From: Clostridioides difficile
GTDB taxonomy: Bacteria; Bacillota; Clostridia; Peptostreptococcales; Peptostreptococcaceae
Direction of reading: 5' to 3'
DNA: 24,000 bases
Assembly: GCA_945861085.1 (NCBI GenBank)
Contig: OX244046.1
Location: forward strand, 3,840,680 to 3,864,679
The position numbers were made by a program, and so were the translations under genes. This document shows, piece after piece, positions 10,081 through 18,420 of the stretch (position 1 is the stretch's first letter; each line of letters opens with the position of its first letter). Below the pieces are notes generated by a model that searched no databases, was not told where the DNA came from, and saw nothing but the letters and a program-made list of their open reading frames with translations.

Positions 10081-11127
10081 TTATCTTCCCATGTCAATTT
10101 CATCAAAAGTTGCCATATTCTTGTAAGTATAATTTGAAGCTTCTATTATATTAAACGCTAAAGCAGCTCCACTTCCCTCACCTAACCTCATATCCATATT
10201 TAATAGAGGGTCTAATTTCAATATATCTAATGCTCTTTTAGTTCCTGATTCTGCTGACAAATGAGATGCTATCATATATTCTCTAGTTTTTGGATTTATC
10301 TTATATGCAATTAATGCTGCTGCATAAGAAATAAATCCATCAATTACTACTGGAATTCTATTAGCACTACATCCTAATATAACACCTGCCATTGAACCTA
10401 TTTCAAATCCACCTACTTTAGATAAAATATCTACTCCATCAGTTGGATTTGGATTATTAATTTCAATAGCTTTTCTAATTACTTCAGCCTTATGTTTTAG
10501 TCTCTCTTTCTTAAGACCTGCACCTATACCAGTAACCTCTAAAGGGTCACACCCTGAAATTACAGATATTATTGCTGTACTTGGAGTAGTATTTGCTATA
10601 CCCATCTCTCCAATACCAATAACCTTATAATCTTTTTCTATACACTGTTCTGCTATTTCAATACCTATCTCTAAACATCTAATAGCTTCTTGTTTACTCA
10701 TAGCTGGACCTTTTGCCATATTTGATGTCCCTTTTCTTATCTTGTAATCTAACACTCCATCTAGTTTTTCATCACAGTTTATTCCTACATCTACAGCTAC
10801 AACATCTGCCCCTACAAATTTACTTATTACTCCAACTCCACACAGACCTTTCGAAAAATTTGGGAATTGTAGTTTTGTTATATTTTGAGGGTCAGGTGCT
10901 ACTCCTTCTTCATATACACCATGGTCTCCAGCAAAAGCTATTATAACTTTTTTACTTGTATCAAAAGTTTCATTGCCAAATATTCCTGCTAATTGCATGC
11001 AAATATCTTCTATCTTTCCTAAGCTTCCAGTTGGATGTATAAGCCTGTCCAATCTCTGCTTTGTTTTTTCAATAGAAGAATTATCTAGAGAATATATGTT
11101 TTTTGATATACTTTCTAATAAACTCAT
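10081..11127 (-). CDS. cobT: nicotinate-nucleotide--dimethylbenzimidazole phosphoribosyltransferase CobT
   Basis: 348-aa ORF with KTKP-like start region ...PTGSLGKIE, AGDHGV, GEMGIANTT and LGEGSGAALA motifs characteristic of CobT. GGGAGGA RBS 6 nt upstream of the ATG. Confidence 0.9.
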   Translation of the reverse strand: MSLLESISKNIYSLDNSSIEKTKQRLDRLIHPTGSLGKIEDICMQLAGIFGNETFDTSKKVIIAFAGDHGVYEEGVAPDPQNITKLQFPNFSKGLCGVGVISKFVGADVVAVDVGINCDEKLDGVLDYKIRKGTSNMAKGPAMSKQEAIRCLEIGIEIAEQCIEKDYKVIGIGEMGIANTTPSTAIISVISGCDPLEVTGIGAGLKKERLKHKAEVIRKAIEINNPNPTDGVDILSKVGGFEIGSMAGVILGCSANRIPVVIDGFISYAAALIAYKINPKTREYMIASHLSAESGTKRALDILKLDPLLNMDMRLGEGSGAALAFNIIEASNYTYKNMATFDEIDMGR

Positions 11128-11285
11128 TTTTTATCCTCCCAACATTGTTTTATTTTTTTAAATTATCTTTTTAGATAAAAAACACTCTTATTTTCTAAAA
11201 ATTTCAACTTTTTATTTTTATTTTTACATACATACAAAAATTATTCTACATTTTACCTTAATTTCCTTTATTTTCTATTATCAAT

Positions 11286-11316
11286 TTGCATACAATCAGA
11301 TGTTTTTTGTAAAAAT
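11286..11316 (+). promoter_or_regulatory. candidate sigma-A promoter for the 63-aa ORF
   Basis: TTGCAT (11286-11291), an 18-nt spacer, then TG-adjacent TAAAAAT (11310-11316). AT-rich background makes chance matches likely. Confidence 0.3.
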
Positions 11317-11347
11317 AGATTTAAAAGGACTTTAAGGAGATGATATT

Positions 11348-11539
11348 GTGGATGATTTTTCTAAATTGAAAAATTTATATGAAGATGGATATAGATGTAT
11401 TTATCATGACTGTGTCGATAATAATTATACTATCTATCTTAAGAATTTTTATACGGAAGGTTCAGAAACTATCGAATTAAGTAGTGAATCAGATTTCTCA
11501 CAATTCAAAGATTATATAGATGGACTTAGAATGTCTTAA
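11348..11539 (+). CDS. small acidic hypothetical protein (63 aa)
   Basis: GTG start preceded by AAGGAGA at 7-nt spacing. The sequence is not low-complexity (MDDFSKLKNLYEDGYRCIYHDCVDNNYTIYLKNFYTEGSETIELSSESDFSQFKDYIDGLRMS). A strong hairpin terminator follows 18 nt after the stop. I recognise no family. Confidence 0.5.
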   Translation: MDDFSKLKNLYEDGYRCIYHDCVDNNYTIYLKNFYTEGSETIELSSESDFSQFKDYIDGLRMS

Positions 11540-11556
11540 TCATTATGAAACCCATT

Positions 11557-11586
11557 AAAATAGGGAGTTTAACAACTCCCTATTTT
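11557..11586. terminator. bidirectional intrinsic terminator shared by two convergent small ORFs
   Basis: AAAATAGGGAGTT-taac-AACTCCCTATTTT: a perfect 13-bp stem including the A/T extensions, with an A-run on one side and a T-run on the other. Confidence 0.75.
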
Positions 11587-11699
11587 GAAGTCACAATTTT
11601 TTTTATAAGCTTTAAAAGTTCGTCTCTATTTATTTCTCTTTGGTTTTTTCTGTCCTTATACTCTTGAAAGTTAACAACTTTTTTATTTGGTTTTTCCAT
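11580..11699 (-). CDS. candidate small basic protein (39 aa), below the ORF-track size cutoff
   Basis: Hand translation gives ATG at 11699 and TAG at 11582-11580: MEKPNKKVVNFQEYKDRKNQREINRDELLKLIKKIVTSK. GGAAGTGA (7/8 match to GGAGGTGA) ends 4 nt before the ATG (its GGAAG core 7 nt before). The 3' end runs into the shared terminator hairpin. No homology is recognisable. Confidence 0.35.
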   Translation of the reverse strand: MEKPNKKVVNFQEYKDRKNQREINRDELLKLIKKIVTSK

Positions 11700-11932
11700 A
11701 AACTCACTTCCCATTTAACATTATTAACTTATCTTAATATATTTTATTCTATACAATTTCTCTATTTCCTTCTATTTATAATACAAAATTTCTTAAATAA
11801 TCCCAAATTTTCAAAACAAAATTTTCAAAATATACTAAAATCTACCTTTCAAATATAATATCAAATAAAATTTAATAATCTCCATACTTTATAGTATAAT
11901 ATACTCATAAAATATAATAAAGGAGATTTTAA

Positions 11933-12805
11933 ATGAATATATTACAAAATGAAAATTTAATTATCGAATCAAGCATCTGTGGTGCTGAACTCACTAAAAT
12001 ATTTTCTAAAAAATATGATAGAAATATTCTTTGGGATGGTAATAAAAAATATTGGGGCAGACAATCACCAATATTATTCCCTATAGTAGGTAAACTTTTT
12101 GATAATGAAACAATAATAGAAGAAAATTTATATAGTATGACTCAGCATGGATTTGCTAGAGATATGGACTTTGAGATTGTAAATAAAGGAGATACATTCA
12201 TATCTTATAAATTAACAGATAATGAATCTACTTTAAAAAAATATCCCTATTCTTTTGAACTAATCATAAACTATACATTAAATGATAACAGTATTGATGT
12301 AGAATGGATTGTGAAAAATACTGACTCTAAAGATATATTCTTTTCTATAGGCGGACATCCTGCATTCAATCTTCCTTTTTATGAACAAAATGACTTTTCT
12401 AAATATTATCTTGAATTTAAAAGAAGAAATGATGTAGAAAAAATTAATTTAAATGGTTCTTTTACTGATGATATAACATTTATTGGAGATTTAAAAAACT
12501 TACAATTAAATCCAGAATTGTTCAAAAATGATGCTTTGATATACACTAACATAGATGAAGTATCTATATGTAATAATGATGGCAGTAAATATGTAACCCT
12601 ATCTATGAAAGATTTCCCTCTAGTTGGTATTTGGACTCCTTATTATAGTGAAACTAATTCTACTGCTCCATTTCTATGTATAGAACCTTGGTACGGTCTT
12701 GCTGATAGTATACATTCTAATAAAATTTATACAGATAAGAAGTTCATTAATAAACTGAGTAAAGGAAAAGTTTTTACTGCTTCTTACAGTATAAATCTAC
12801 ACTAA
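11933..12805 (+). CDS. aldose 1-epimerase family protein (LacX/galactose mutarotase-like)
   Basis: 290-aa ORF with ILFPIVG, TQHGFAR, FSIGGHPAFNLP and IEPW motifs typical of the LacX-like aldose-epimerase fold. AAAGGAGA RBS. A TATAAT box at 11895-11900 lies upstream. Confidence 0.75.
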   Translation: MNILQNENLIIESSICGAELTKIFSKKYDRNILWDGNKKYWGRQSPILFPIVGKLFDNETIIEENLYSMTQHGFARDMDFEIVNKGDTFISYKLTDNESTLKKYPYSFELIINYTLNDNSIDVEWIVKNTDSKDIFFSIGGHPAFNLPFYEQNDFSKYYLEFKRRNDVEKINLNGSFTDDITFIGDLKNLQLNPELFKNDALIYTNIDEVSICNNDGSKYVTLSMKDFPLVGIWTPYYSETNSTAPFLCIEPWYGLADSIHSNKIYTDKKFINKLSKGKVFTASYSINLH

Positions 12806-12900
12806 ATAAAAATAAGTTACTATGTTACCAAAGCGATAAAATATTTTAATATAAGTTACTATAAGAATATGAAGTAGTACTATATCAATATTCCTTAATC

Positions 12901-12938
12901 AAAAAATATTACTGGAATACAAAATTCCAGTAATATTT
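12901..12938 (-). terminator. intrinsic terminator closing the PTS-peptidase operon (also faces the convergent epimerase gene)
   Basis: ATATTACTGGAAT-acaaa-ATTCCAGTAATAT: a perfect 13-bp stem, 15 bp with flanking A/T pairs. The minus-strand reading is followed by a T-run (complement of the A-run at 12901-12905). Confidence 0.8.
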
Positions 12939-12993
12939 GCTAACTAAATAATATGTTTTTATACAAACCTATAAATGTCTTATTTTTTATAAT

Positions 12994-14181
12994 TTAACAA
13001 TACATACTTATATATGTTTTTTTAATTCTATTTAGAGCCTCATTTAATGTTTCTTTAGGACACCCCACATTGATACGGATAAATCCCTCTCCATCTTTTA
13101 CAAAATAACTTCCAACTACCATAGTTAAATTTGCATGTCTAAAAAATGATTTAGATTCTTCTTCATTTTCAAATACTTCTCTCACATCTACCCAAGCTAG
13201 AAAAGAAGAGTCAGACTTCATAACCCTTGCTTTTGGTATATGAGTTTCAAAGAAGTCATAAACTATTTCAAAATTCTTTTCTACATAATTAGTCATCTCA
13301 TCTAGCCATCTTTCACTTTCATTGTATGCTGCAACAATTGCTGGTATTGCAAATACATTTGGAGAAGTTATTGAATTACTTTTTAGTCTTTCTAATAAAG
13401 TCTCTCTAATTTTTAAATCTCTTATTAATACATACGACGTTTTTAATCCACCTAAGTTGAATCCTTTGTTAGGAGATACGCAGATTATGCTATTCTTATA
13501 AATTTCTGGATGAGCATTCCATAAAGACACAAATCTATAACCTTTAAATACTACATCCCTATGAATTTCATCACTTACCAAAAGTACATTATACTTCAAA
13601 CATAATTCTGACACTTGATACAATTCTTCCTTTGTCCATATACGACCTGATGGATTTTGTGGACTACAGAATATAAATAATTTTATATTTTCGTGTTTCA
13701 TTTTATTTTCCATGTCTTCTAAGTCTAGATAATATCTATTATTATTTAACTTTAATGAACTACAACATAACTTTCTATTATTATTTACTACAGCTTCTGC
13801 AAAAGGGTCATAGGCAGGTGTATTTATCAATACACCCTCTCCTTCTTTAGTATATGCTTGGACTATATAATGAAGCGTTGAAACAGTACCAAAGGTTAAC
13901 TTTATCCATTCTTTTTCTACATATACATCAAATCTTCTTTTATTCCAGTTTATAATAGCATCATAGAAGTCATCTCCTATAAAAGTATAACTATAATCTC
14001 CTACTGATGCTCTTTTTAAAATCGCTTCTTTTATAGCAGGTGCACATTCAAAATCAATATCAGCTAAATCCATAGGAATTGCATCTTCATTTAAGCCGAA
14101 CTTTTCTTTAATTACATGATTGCTCCATTTCCTACAATTCCCTTCTTTACGATTTAACACTTTGTCAAAATTATATTTCAT
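12994..14181 (-). CDS. PLP-dependent C-S beta-lyase, MalY/PatB family (class I/II aminotransferase fold)
   Basis: 395-aa ORF whose N-terminus (FDKVLNRKEGNCRKW) is typical of MalY/PatB. Also has DFECAP, CSPQNPSGRIWT and the PLP-lysine motif SPNKGFNLGGLK. Confidence 0.8.
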   Translation of the reverse strand: MKYNFDKVLNRKEGNCRKWSNHVIKEKFGLNEDAIPMDLADIDFECAPAIKEAILKRASVGDYSYTFIGDDFYDAIINWNKRRFDVYVEKEWIKLTFGTVSTLHYIVQAYTKEGEGVLINTPAYDPFAEAVVNNNRKLCCSSLKLNNNRYYLDLEDMENKMKHENIKLFIFCSPQNPSGRIWTKEELYQVSELCLKYNVLLVSDEIHRDVVFKGYRFVSLWNAHPEIYKNSIICVSPNKGFNLGGLKTSYVLIRDLKIRETLLERLKSNSITSPNVFAIPAIVAAYNESERWLDEMTNYVEKNFEIVYDFFETHIPKARVMKSDSSFLAWVDVREVFENEEESKSFFRHANLTMVVGSYFVKDGEGFIRINVGCPKETLNEALNRIKKTYISMYC

Positions 14182-14185
14182 AATT

Positions 14186-15256
14186 TTACTCTCCTAATAT
14201 TATAAAATCTTTAGATGTTTTATTAAGTGGGACACCTTTTCCATCTATTATAACAACATCATCTTCTACTCTAACTCCCCCTATATTAGGAATATAGATA
14301 CCTGGCTCACAAGACATTACCATTCCCTCTGTTAATATATCTTCACTATTTGGATTTAGAGTTGGAACTTCACCATCTCCAAGACCTATACCATGTCCCA
14401 ATCCATGATTAAAATATTCACCAAATCCATGTTTATCTATAATTTTTCTGGCTACTTTGTCAACATCACTGGCCTTAACTCCTTCTTTTATTGATTCTAT
14501 TGCAGATAATTGTGCTTCTAATACTACATCATATATCTCTTGAATAATTTCAGGAGGTTTACCTATAGATATTGTACGAGTCATATCTGATTGATAGCCT
14601 TGATAAACAACACCAAAATCTATCGTTATAGCTTCATTTGCTTTTAATCTCTTATTTGTAGGTCTTCCGTGTGGCATTGCTCCTCTTTCTCCTGATACTA
14701 CTATTGTTTCAAAAGACATTCCACTTGCACCTTTTTTCAATGCATGATACTGAATTAGAGCTGATACTTCTAGTTCAGTCATATCTTTTTTAATCTCAGA
14801 AATAACCTTACTAAATACTTCATCTGTAATCTCACAAGCTTTTTTAATAAGCTCAATTTCTTCTTTAGATTTTATAGCCCTTAACTTCCATAATTCATTG
14901 GTCATTAAATCTATTTCAAAACCTGCATTTTTTAGCAAAATATACTCTTGTATACTCATAGCTTGATTTTCTATCGCTAACTTTTCTACATGCAATTCCC
15001 TTAATAACTCAATTATATCTGTTATATAAGAACCTTGAGTTACAACTCTTTTTATGAAGCCAGTCGTTTTTTTATCTGCTTCATCAGTATATCTGCCATC
15101 TAGAATCTGATAATTTTTATCTCTAGTAACAAGCACATACACACCACTACCTGATAGTGCTCCTATATATCTTTTAGTATTTTTTGCTTTAATCAAAAGA
15201 GCGTCAACACCTCTTTTATGTATTAAATCTACTAGTCTATCTATTGTATTATTCAT
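14186..15256 (-). CDS. M24B family Xaa-Pro aminopeptidase/dipeptidase (PepP/PepQ-like)
   Basis: 356-aa ORF with an N-terminal creatinase-like domain and the metal-ligand motifs DFG..Y.GY.SD.TRT, HGLGHGIGL, EPGIY and VRVEDDV. Confidence 0.85.
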   Translation of the reverse strand: MNNTIDRLVDLIHKRGVDALLIKAKNTKRYIGALSGSGVYVLVTRDKNYQILDGRYTDEADKKTTGFIKRVVTQGSYITDIIELLRELHVEKLAIENQAMSIQEYILLKNAGFEIDLMTNELWKLRAIKSKEEIELIKKACEITDEVFSKVISEIKKDMTELEVSALIQYHALKKGASGMSFETIVVSGERGAMPHGRPTNKRLKANEAITIDFGVVYQGYQSDMTRTISIGKPPEIIQEIYDVVLEAQLSAIESIKEGVKASDVDKVARKIIDKHGFGEYFNHGLGHGIGLGDGEVPTLNPNSEDILTEGMVMSCEPGIYIPNIGGVRVEDDVVIIDGKGVPLNKTSKDFIILGE

Positions 15257-15265
15257 AGTAAAATA

Positions 15266-16588
15266 TTAGAAATCCAGTCCTAAATCGTCTAATAAGTCTT
15301 CTTCTTCTTTAGAGAATATATTCTTACTTTCTTCTTTTTGTTTTTTATTATTTTGTTGACGTTCCATTATTTTAAAGAATGGCCAATATAATAAAACTGC
15401 TAATACTAATTGCAATGCATTTGCTAATATGGAATGCCAATCCCCATTAGTTAAAAACCCTTCTAAGAATACACCTACATATGGAGGGTCAAATACTGGT
15501 TTTGCTAACCAGCCCCAGTGCATAAAAAACATTGGTAATGTACCTATTATAGCTCCACCAAATACATGTGGTATAAACATTATTGGATTTAATATTATTG
15601 GTGCACCAAATAATATTGGTTCATTTATCCCAAATAATGCAGGGAATAGCGATACACGTCCAATTTTCTTATAAGAGGAATTCTTAGATAACATACATGC
15701 AATTACACAACCTATACTAATTCCACAACCTGTAAATCCAAAGAATGCACTTGAAGCTCCTGCTGTAAAGAAATGAGGTATTGTTTCCCCAGCTTGCATA
15801 GCTGCTATATTTTCAGCTATAAATGTAATCATTATAGGTCTAGTTATAGGGCTAAACACTGATGAATGTATTCCAAAAAAGAATATAGTACATATAGCAA
15901 AATTAAGTGCAAGAACTGACCATGGATTATCCATACTTCCTACTAATGGAGATAAAAATTGAGTAAGTATCTGTGGAGGTAATTCTCCAAACACTTTTAA
16001 TGAAACAAAACGAGCAACTATAAAAGTACCACAAACTATTATAGTTGTTGGTATTAATTCAAAAGACCTAGATACAAAATCAGGTACATTTTCTGGCATT
16101 TTTATTGTAATATTTTTCTTACTACAGAAATTATATAACTCCACAGAACCAAGTCCTGCTATCATCCCTGTAAATAACCCCTTAGCTCCTAAGTTTCCTA
16201 TTTCTAATGCTCCATCTGGTGTAAATGATGCTACTAGGAACAGAAAAGAAAAAGTTGATAGTGTAACACAGCCTGGTATATATAATTTATAATAATTACC
16301 TAGATTAAAAGCAATACACATACAGGCATATAACCCTATCAGTCCGATGGAAAGACTTACTGGTAAGTCTAATATTGCTGCGTTATTCAATATGAATTTG
16401 CTTATTGAATTATTTTCTCCAAGCATGTTTGGAAGTGCTGGAAGTATTGCAAATATACTTCCTAATATTGTAAATGGTGTCATAGCAACCATACCAGCCT
16501 TTATAGAACCAAGGTGACGTTGATTGTCAACCTTGTGAGCTAAAGGCATAAATACTCTATTCATAAATGCTTCAAATTTTGAAAACAT
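15266..16588 (-). CDS. PTS lactose/cellobiose-family EIIC permease
   Basis: 440-aa polytopic ORF with an N-terminal F...M.PLA.K...Q.HL.AI..G signature and internal G..EP..FG.P motif typical of CelB/ChbC/LicC-type EIIC. It ends in a hydrophilic acidic tail. Confidence 0.88.
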   Translation of the reverse strand: MFSKFEAFMNRVFMPLAHKVDNQRHLGSIKAGMVAMTPFTILGSIFAILPALPNMLGENNSISKFILNNAAILDLPVSLSIGLIGLYACMCIAFNLGNYYKLYIPGCVTLSTFSFLFLVASFTPDGALEIGNLGAKGLFTGMIAGLGSVELYNFCSKKNITIKMPENVPDFVSRSFELIPTTIIVCGTFIVARFVSLKVFGELPPQILTQFLSPLVGSMDNPWSVLALNFAICTIFFFGIHSSVFSPITRPIMITFIAENIAAMQAGETIPHFFTAGASSAFFGFTGCGISIGCVIACMLSKNSSYKKIGRVSLFPALFGINEPILFGAPIILNPIMFIPHVFGGAIIGTLPMFFMHWGWLAKPVFDPPYVGVFLEGFLTNGDWHSILANALQLVLAVLLYWPFFKIMERQQNNKKQKEESKNIFSKEEEDLLDDLGLDF

Positions 16589-16619
16589 ATTTAATCCCCC
16601 TTTTCCCTCGGTATTCTAA

Positions 16620-16955
16620 TTATCCTTGAGCTAATTGATGTTTCTTATAAGTTATCAATGCTAACTTCATAACTGTAGCTCCATCCATTTTCCCATATAC
16701 ATCTTTATCTATTACTGCAAAAGGTTTATTTTTTGGCTCTAATATTCCTTTTAAGAAGTCTATTTTATGAGCTATTTGAGGACCTATAAGTACTATATCC
16801 CAATCATCAATTTCACTTTCTATTGAATCTGCTGGTATAGCTGTGAATTCAAAATCTTTTTCATTAAGTTTGGCACTTTCTTTTACTACCTTTTTCATAT
16901 TTTGCATTAGCATATTAGTAGAAAATCCACCTGCACAACATAATAATATCTTCAT
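16620..16955 (-). CDS. PTS lactose/cellobiose-family EIIB
   Basis: 111-aa ORF starting MKILLCCAGGFSTNMLMQNMKK, with the active-site Cys in the CxxGxST loop of the EIIB-Cel fold. Confidence 0.88.
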   Translation of the reverse strand: MKILLCCAGGFSTNMLMQNMKKVVKESAKLNEKDFEFTAIPADSIESEIDDWDIVLIGPQIAHKIDFLKGILEPKNKPFAVIDKDVYGKMDGATVMKLALITYKKHQLAQG

Positions 16956-17054
16956 AATAATTCCTCCTAAAATTTGTATTTTTTATTATCTCTTAAAAGT
17001 ATTTAAAACTTTTTAAAAGAAATTTTATATAAATAATCTATTTATACACTACAA

Positions 17055-17360
17055 TTACTTATCAAAACAATATATCAAAGCCTCTATCAAATCTTTTGCT
17101 AGTTGAGAAGTCATATAGTGGTCTTGAGCATGTACCATTAAAAGACTCATTGCTGGGCTTTCAACATCTTCATTTAAATCCTGAGTTATTAATTCTGTCT
17201 GTATTCTGTGTGCTTCAACATCTATTTTGCGAGCCTCCTCTATCAATAATTTTGCTCCTTTAAAATCTTTTGCCTTCACTTTTTTTAAAGCTTCGAAGGC
17301 CTTTGATTTACTTTCTCCTGCAGTTGATATAAGCTCCATTATTTGTACTTCTGTTGACAT
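17055..17360 (-). CDS. PTS lactose/cellobiose-family EIIA
   Basis: 101-aa helical ORF with LIS.AG.SKS.A.EAL, A....EAH..QT.LI and VHAQDH.MT, which carries the phosphorylatable His of EIIA-Lac/Cel. Confidence 0.88.
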   Translation of the reverse strand: MSTEVQIMELISTAGESKSKAFEALKKVKAKDFKGAKLLIEEARKIDVEAHRIQTELITQDLNEDVESPAMSLLMVHAQDHYMTSQLAKDLIEALIYCFDK

Positions 17361-17374
17361 TTTTTTATTCTCCT

Positions 17375-18418
17375 TTATATAAAATTTCTTATATACTTAT
17401 ATTTTTCTTCATCAAAATTTAAAATTAACTGTGTATACAATCTTATAATGGCATATAAATCTTTATTACTTACTATCGAAAATGCACAATGACCATATCT
17501 AACTGGTACACAAGTTACTACACAAGGTTTCCCTTCATTTACAAGATGTGCTTCTCCTCCATCAGTCCCACCTGATTCAAACATATCATGTTGAAGTAAT
17601 ATATTATTTTCATCAGCAATTTCTATTACATAATCCACCATTTTTCTACTAGGGACTAGAGTCCTATCTCTATGCATTAGCATTATACCTTTATCAATTT
17701 GTTTCTGATTTGTATAATCTCTCACAAACTCATTCTTAGTACATGCTACATCTATTACAAATACTATATCGGGATTTATTAACTGTGTTGATGTCTTTGC
17801 CCCTCTTATTCCAACTTCTTCACTACTTGTAGCTGCAAAATGAATATTACAATTTAGATTTTCTTTCTTAAGTTCTTTTAAAACTTCTCCCATCACAAAG
17901 CATCCTATTCTATCATCAAAAGCCTTTCCCACTAATCGGTCTGGCAAAGTAAATTCCTCAAACTTTGTTGTATATGTTACCATATCACCAACATTAATCC
18001 CTAAATTATGTACCTCCTCTTCTGTATATGCTCCAATATCTGCATATATATTTTCAGCTTTACCATCATTGTATGTTGCATTTATGATAGCAGGGATTTT
18101 TTTCCCTTCTTTTGTTGTAATTCTAACTTTTTGTACAAACTGTGCAAGAGGTTTTACCCCTCCTATTGTTATTAGGTGAATCATGCCAAGTTTGTCTATA
18201 CTTCTCACCATAAATCCAACTTCATCCATATGAGCACAAACCATTATGTTTGGTGCATTTTCATCTTTTATCTTAGAAAAGATTATACTACCTAGCCCAT
18301 CACATATAACTTTATCACTATAAGCTTTTAGCTCTTGTAGTAAAACATGTCTAACCTCTTCTTCATTAGATGCTATACCATCTGCTTCTGATAATCTCTT
18401 AAAAAACTCTATATTCAT
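17375..18418 (-). CDS. M42 family aminopeptidase (FrvX/YpdE/CelM-like; often mis-annotated as endoglucanase)
   Basis: 347-aa ORF with L..A.G.S..E..V, AHMDEVGFMV, FDDR.GC, SEEVG.RGA and a C-terminal GGTD...H motif typical of the M42 dinuclear metallopeptidases. Confidence 0.85.
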   Translation of the reverse strand: MNIEFFKRLSEADGIASNEEEVRHVLLQELKAYSDKVICDGLGSIIFSKIKDENAPNIMVCAHMDEVGFMVRSIDKLGMIHLITIGGVKPLAQFVQKVRITTKEGKKIPAIINATYNDGKAENIYADIGAYTEEEVHNLGINVGDMVTYTTKFEEFTLPDRLVGKAFDDRIGCFVMGEVLKELKKENLNCNIHFAATSSEEVGIRGAKTSTQLINPDIVFVIDVACTKNEFVRDYTNQKQIDKGIMLMHRDRTLVPSRKMVDYVIEIADENNILLQHDMFESGGTDGGEAHLVNEGKPCVVTCVPVRYGHCAFSIVSNKDLYAIIRLYTQLILNFDEEKYKYIRNFI

Positions 18419-18420
18419 GT

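Noticed and set aside
10050-10106. The ORF-track N-terminal extension of cobU (MMKLTWEDKYKNLICRSVL), which overlaps the end of cobT.
   Set aside because: The internal ATG at 10049 has an AGGAG RBS and starts right at the P-loop, as in known CobU. The extension has no RBS and would overlap cobT by 26 nt.
11783-11830. Two tandem copies plus one degenerate copy of CAAA(A)TTTTCAAAA upstream of the epimerase gene.
   Set aside because: These are short A/T-only motifs in a very AT-rich spacer with irregular spacing (20 and 13 nt). I cannot distinguish them from low-complexity sequence or a UP-element-like tract.
11640-11858. A 72-aa plus-strand ORF (MVFSVLILLKVNNFF...).
   Set aside because: It is a Phe/Leu/Ile/Asn low-complexity product of AT-rich intergenic DNA. 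It has a non-ATG start, no RBS, and overlaps the better-supported 39-aa minus-strand ORF.
12812-12862. A 12-nt direct repeat, ATAAGTTACTAT, occurring twice 39 nt apart downstream of the epimerase gene.
   Set aside because: It is a single short repeat pair in AT-rich DNA. It has no flanking inverted repeats or mobile-element genes, so it is probably chance.
16956-17054. An AT-only imperfect palindrome (TCTCTTAAAAGTATTTAAAACTTTTTAAAAGA) in the 99-nt EIIA-EIIB gap. It could be a processing site or a partial terminator.
   Set aside because: The stem would be all A-U with mismatches and therefore very weak. There is no following T-run beyond the background, and no RAT-like antiterminator sequence.
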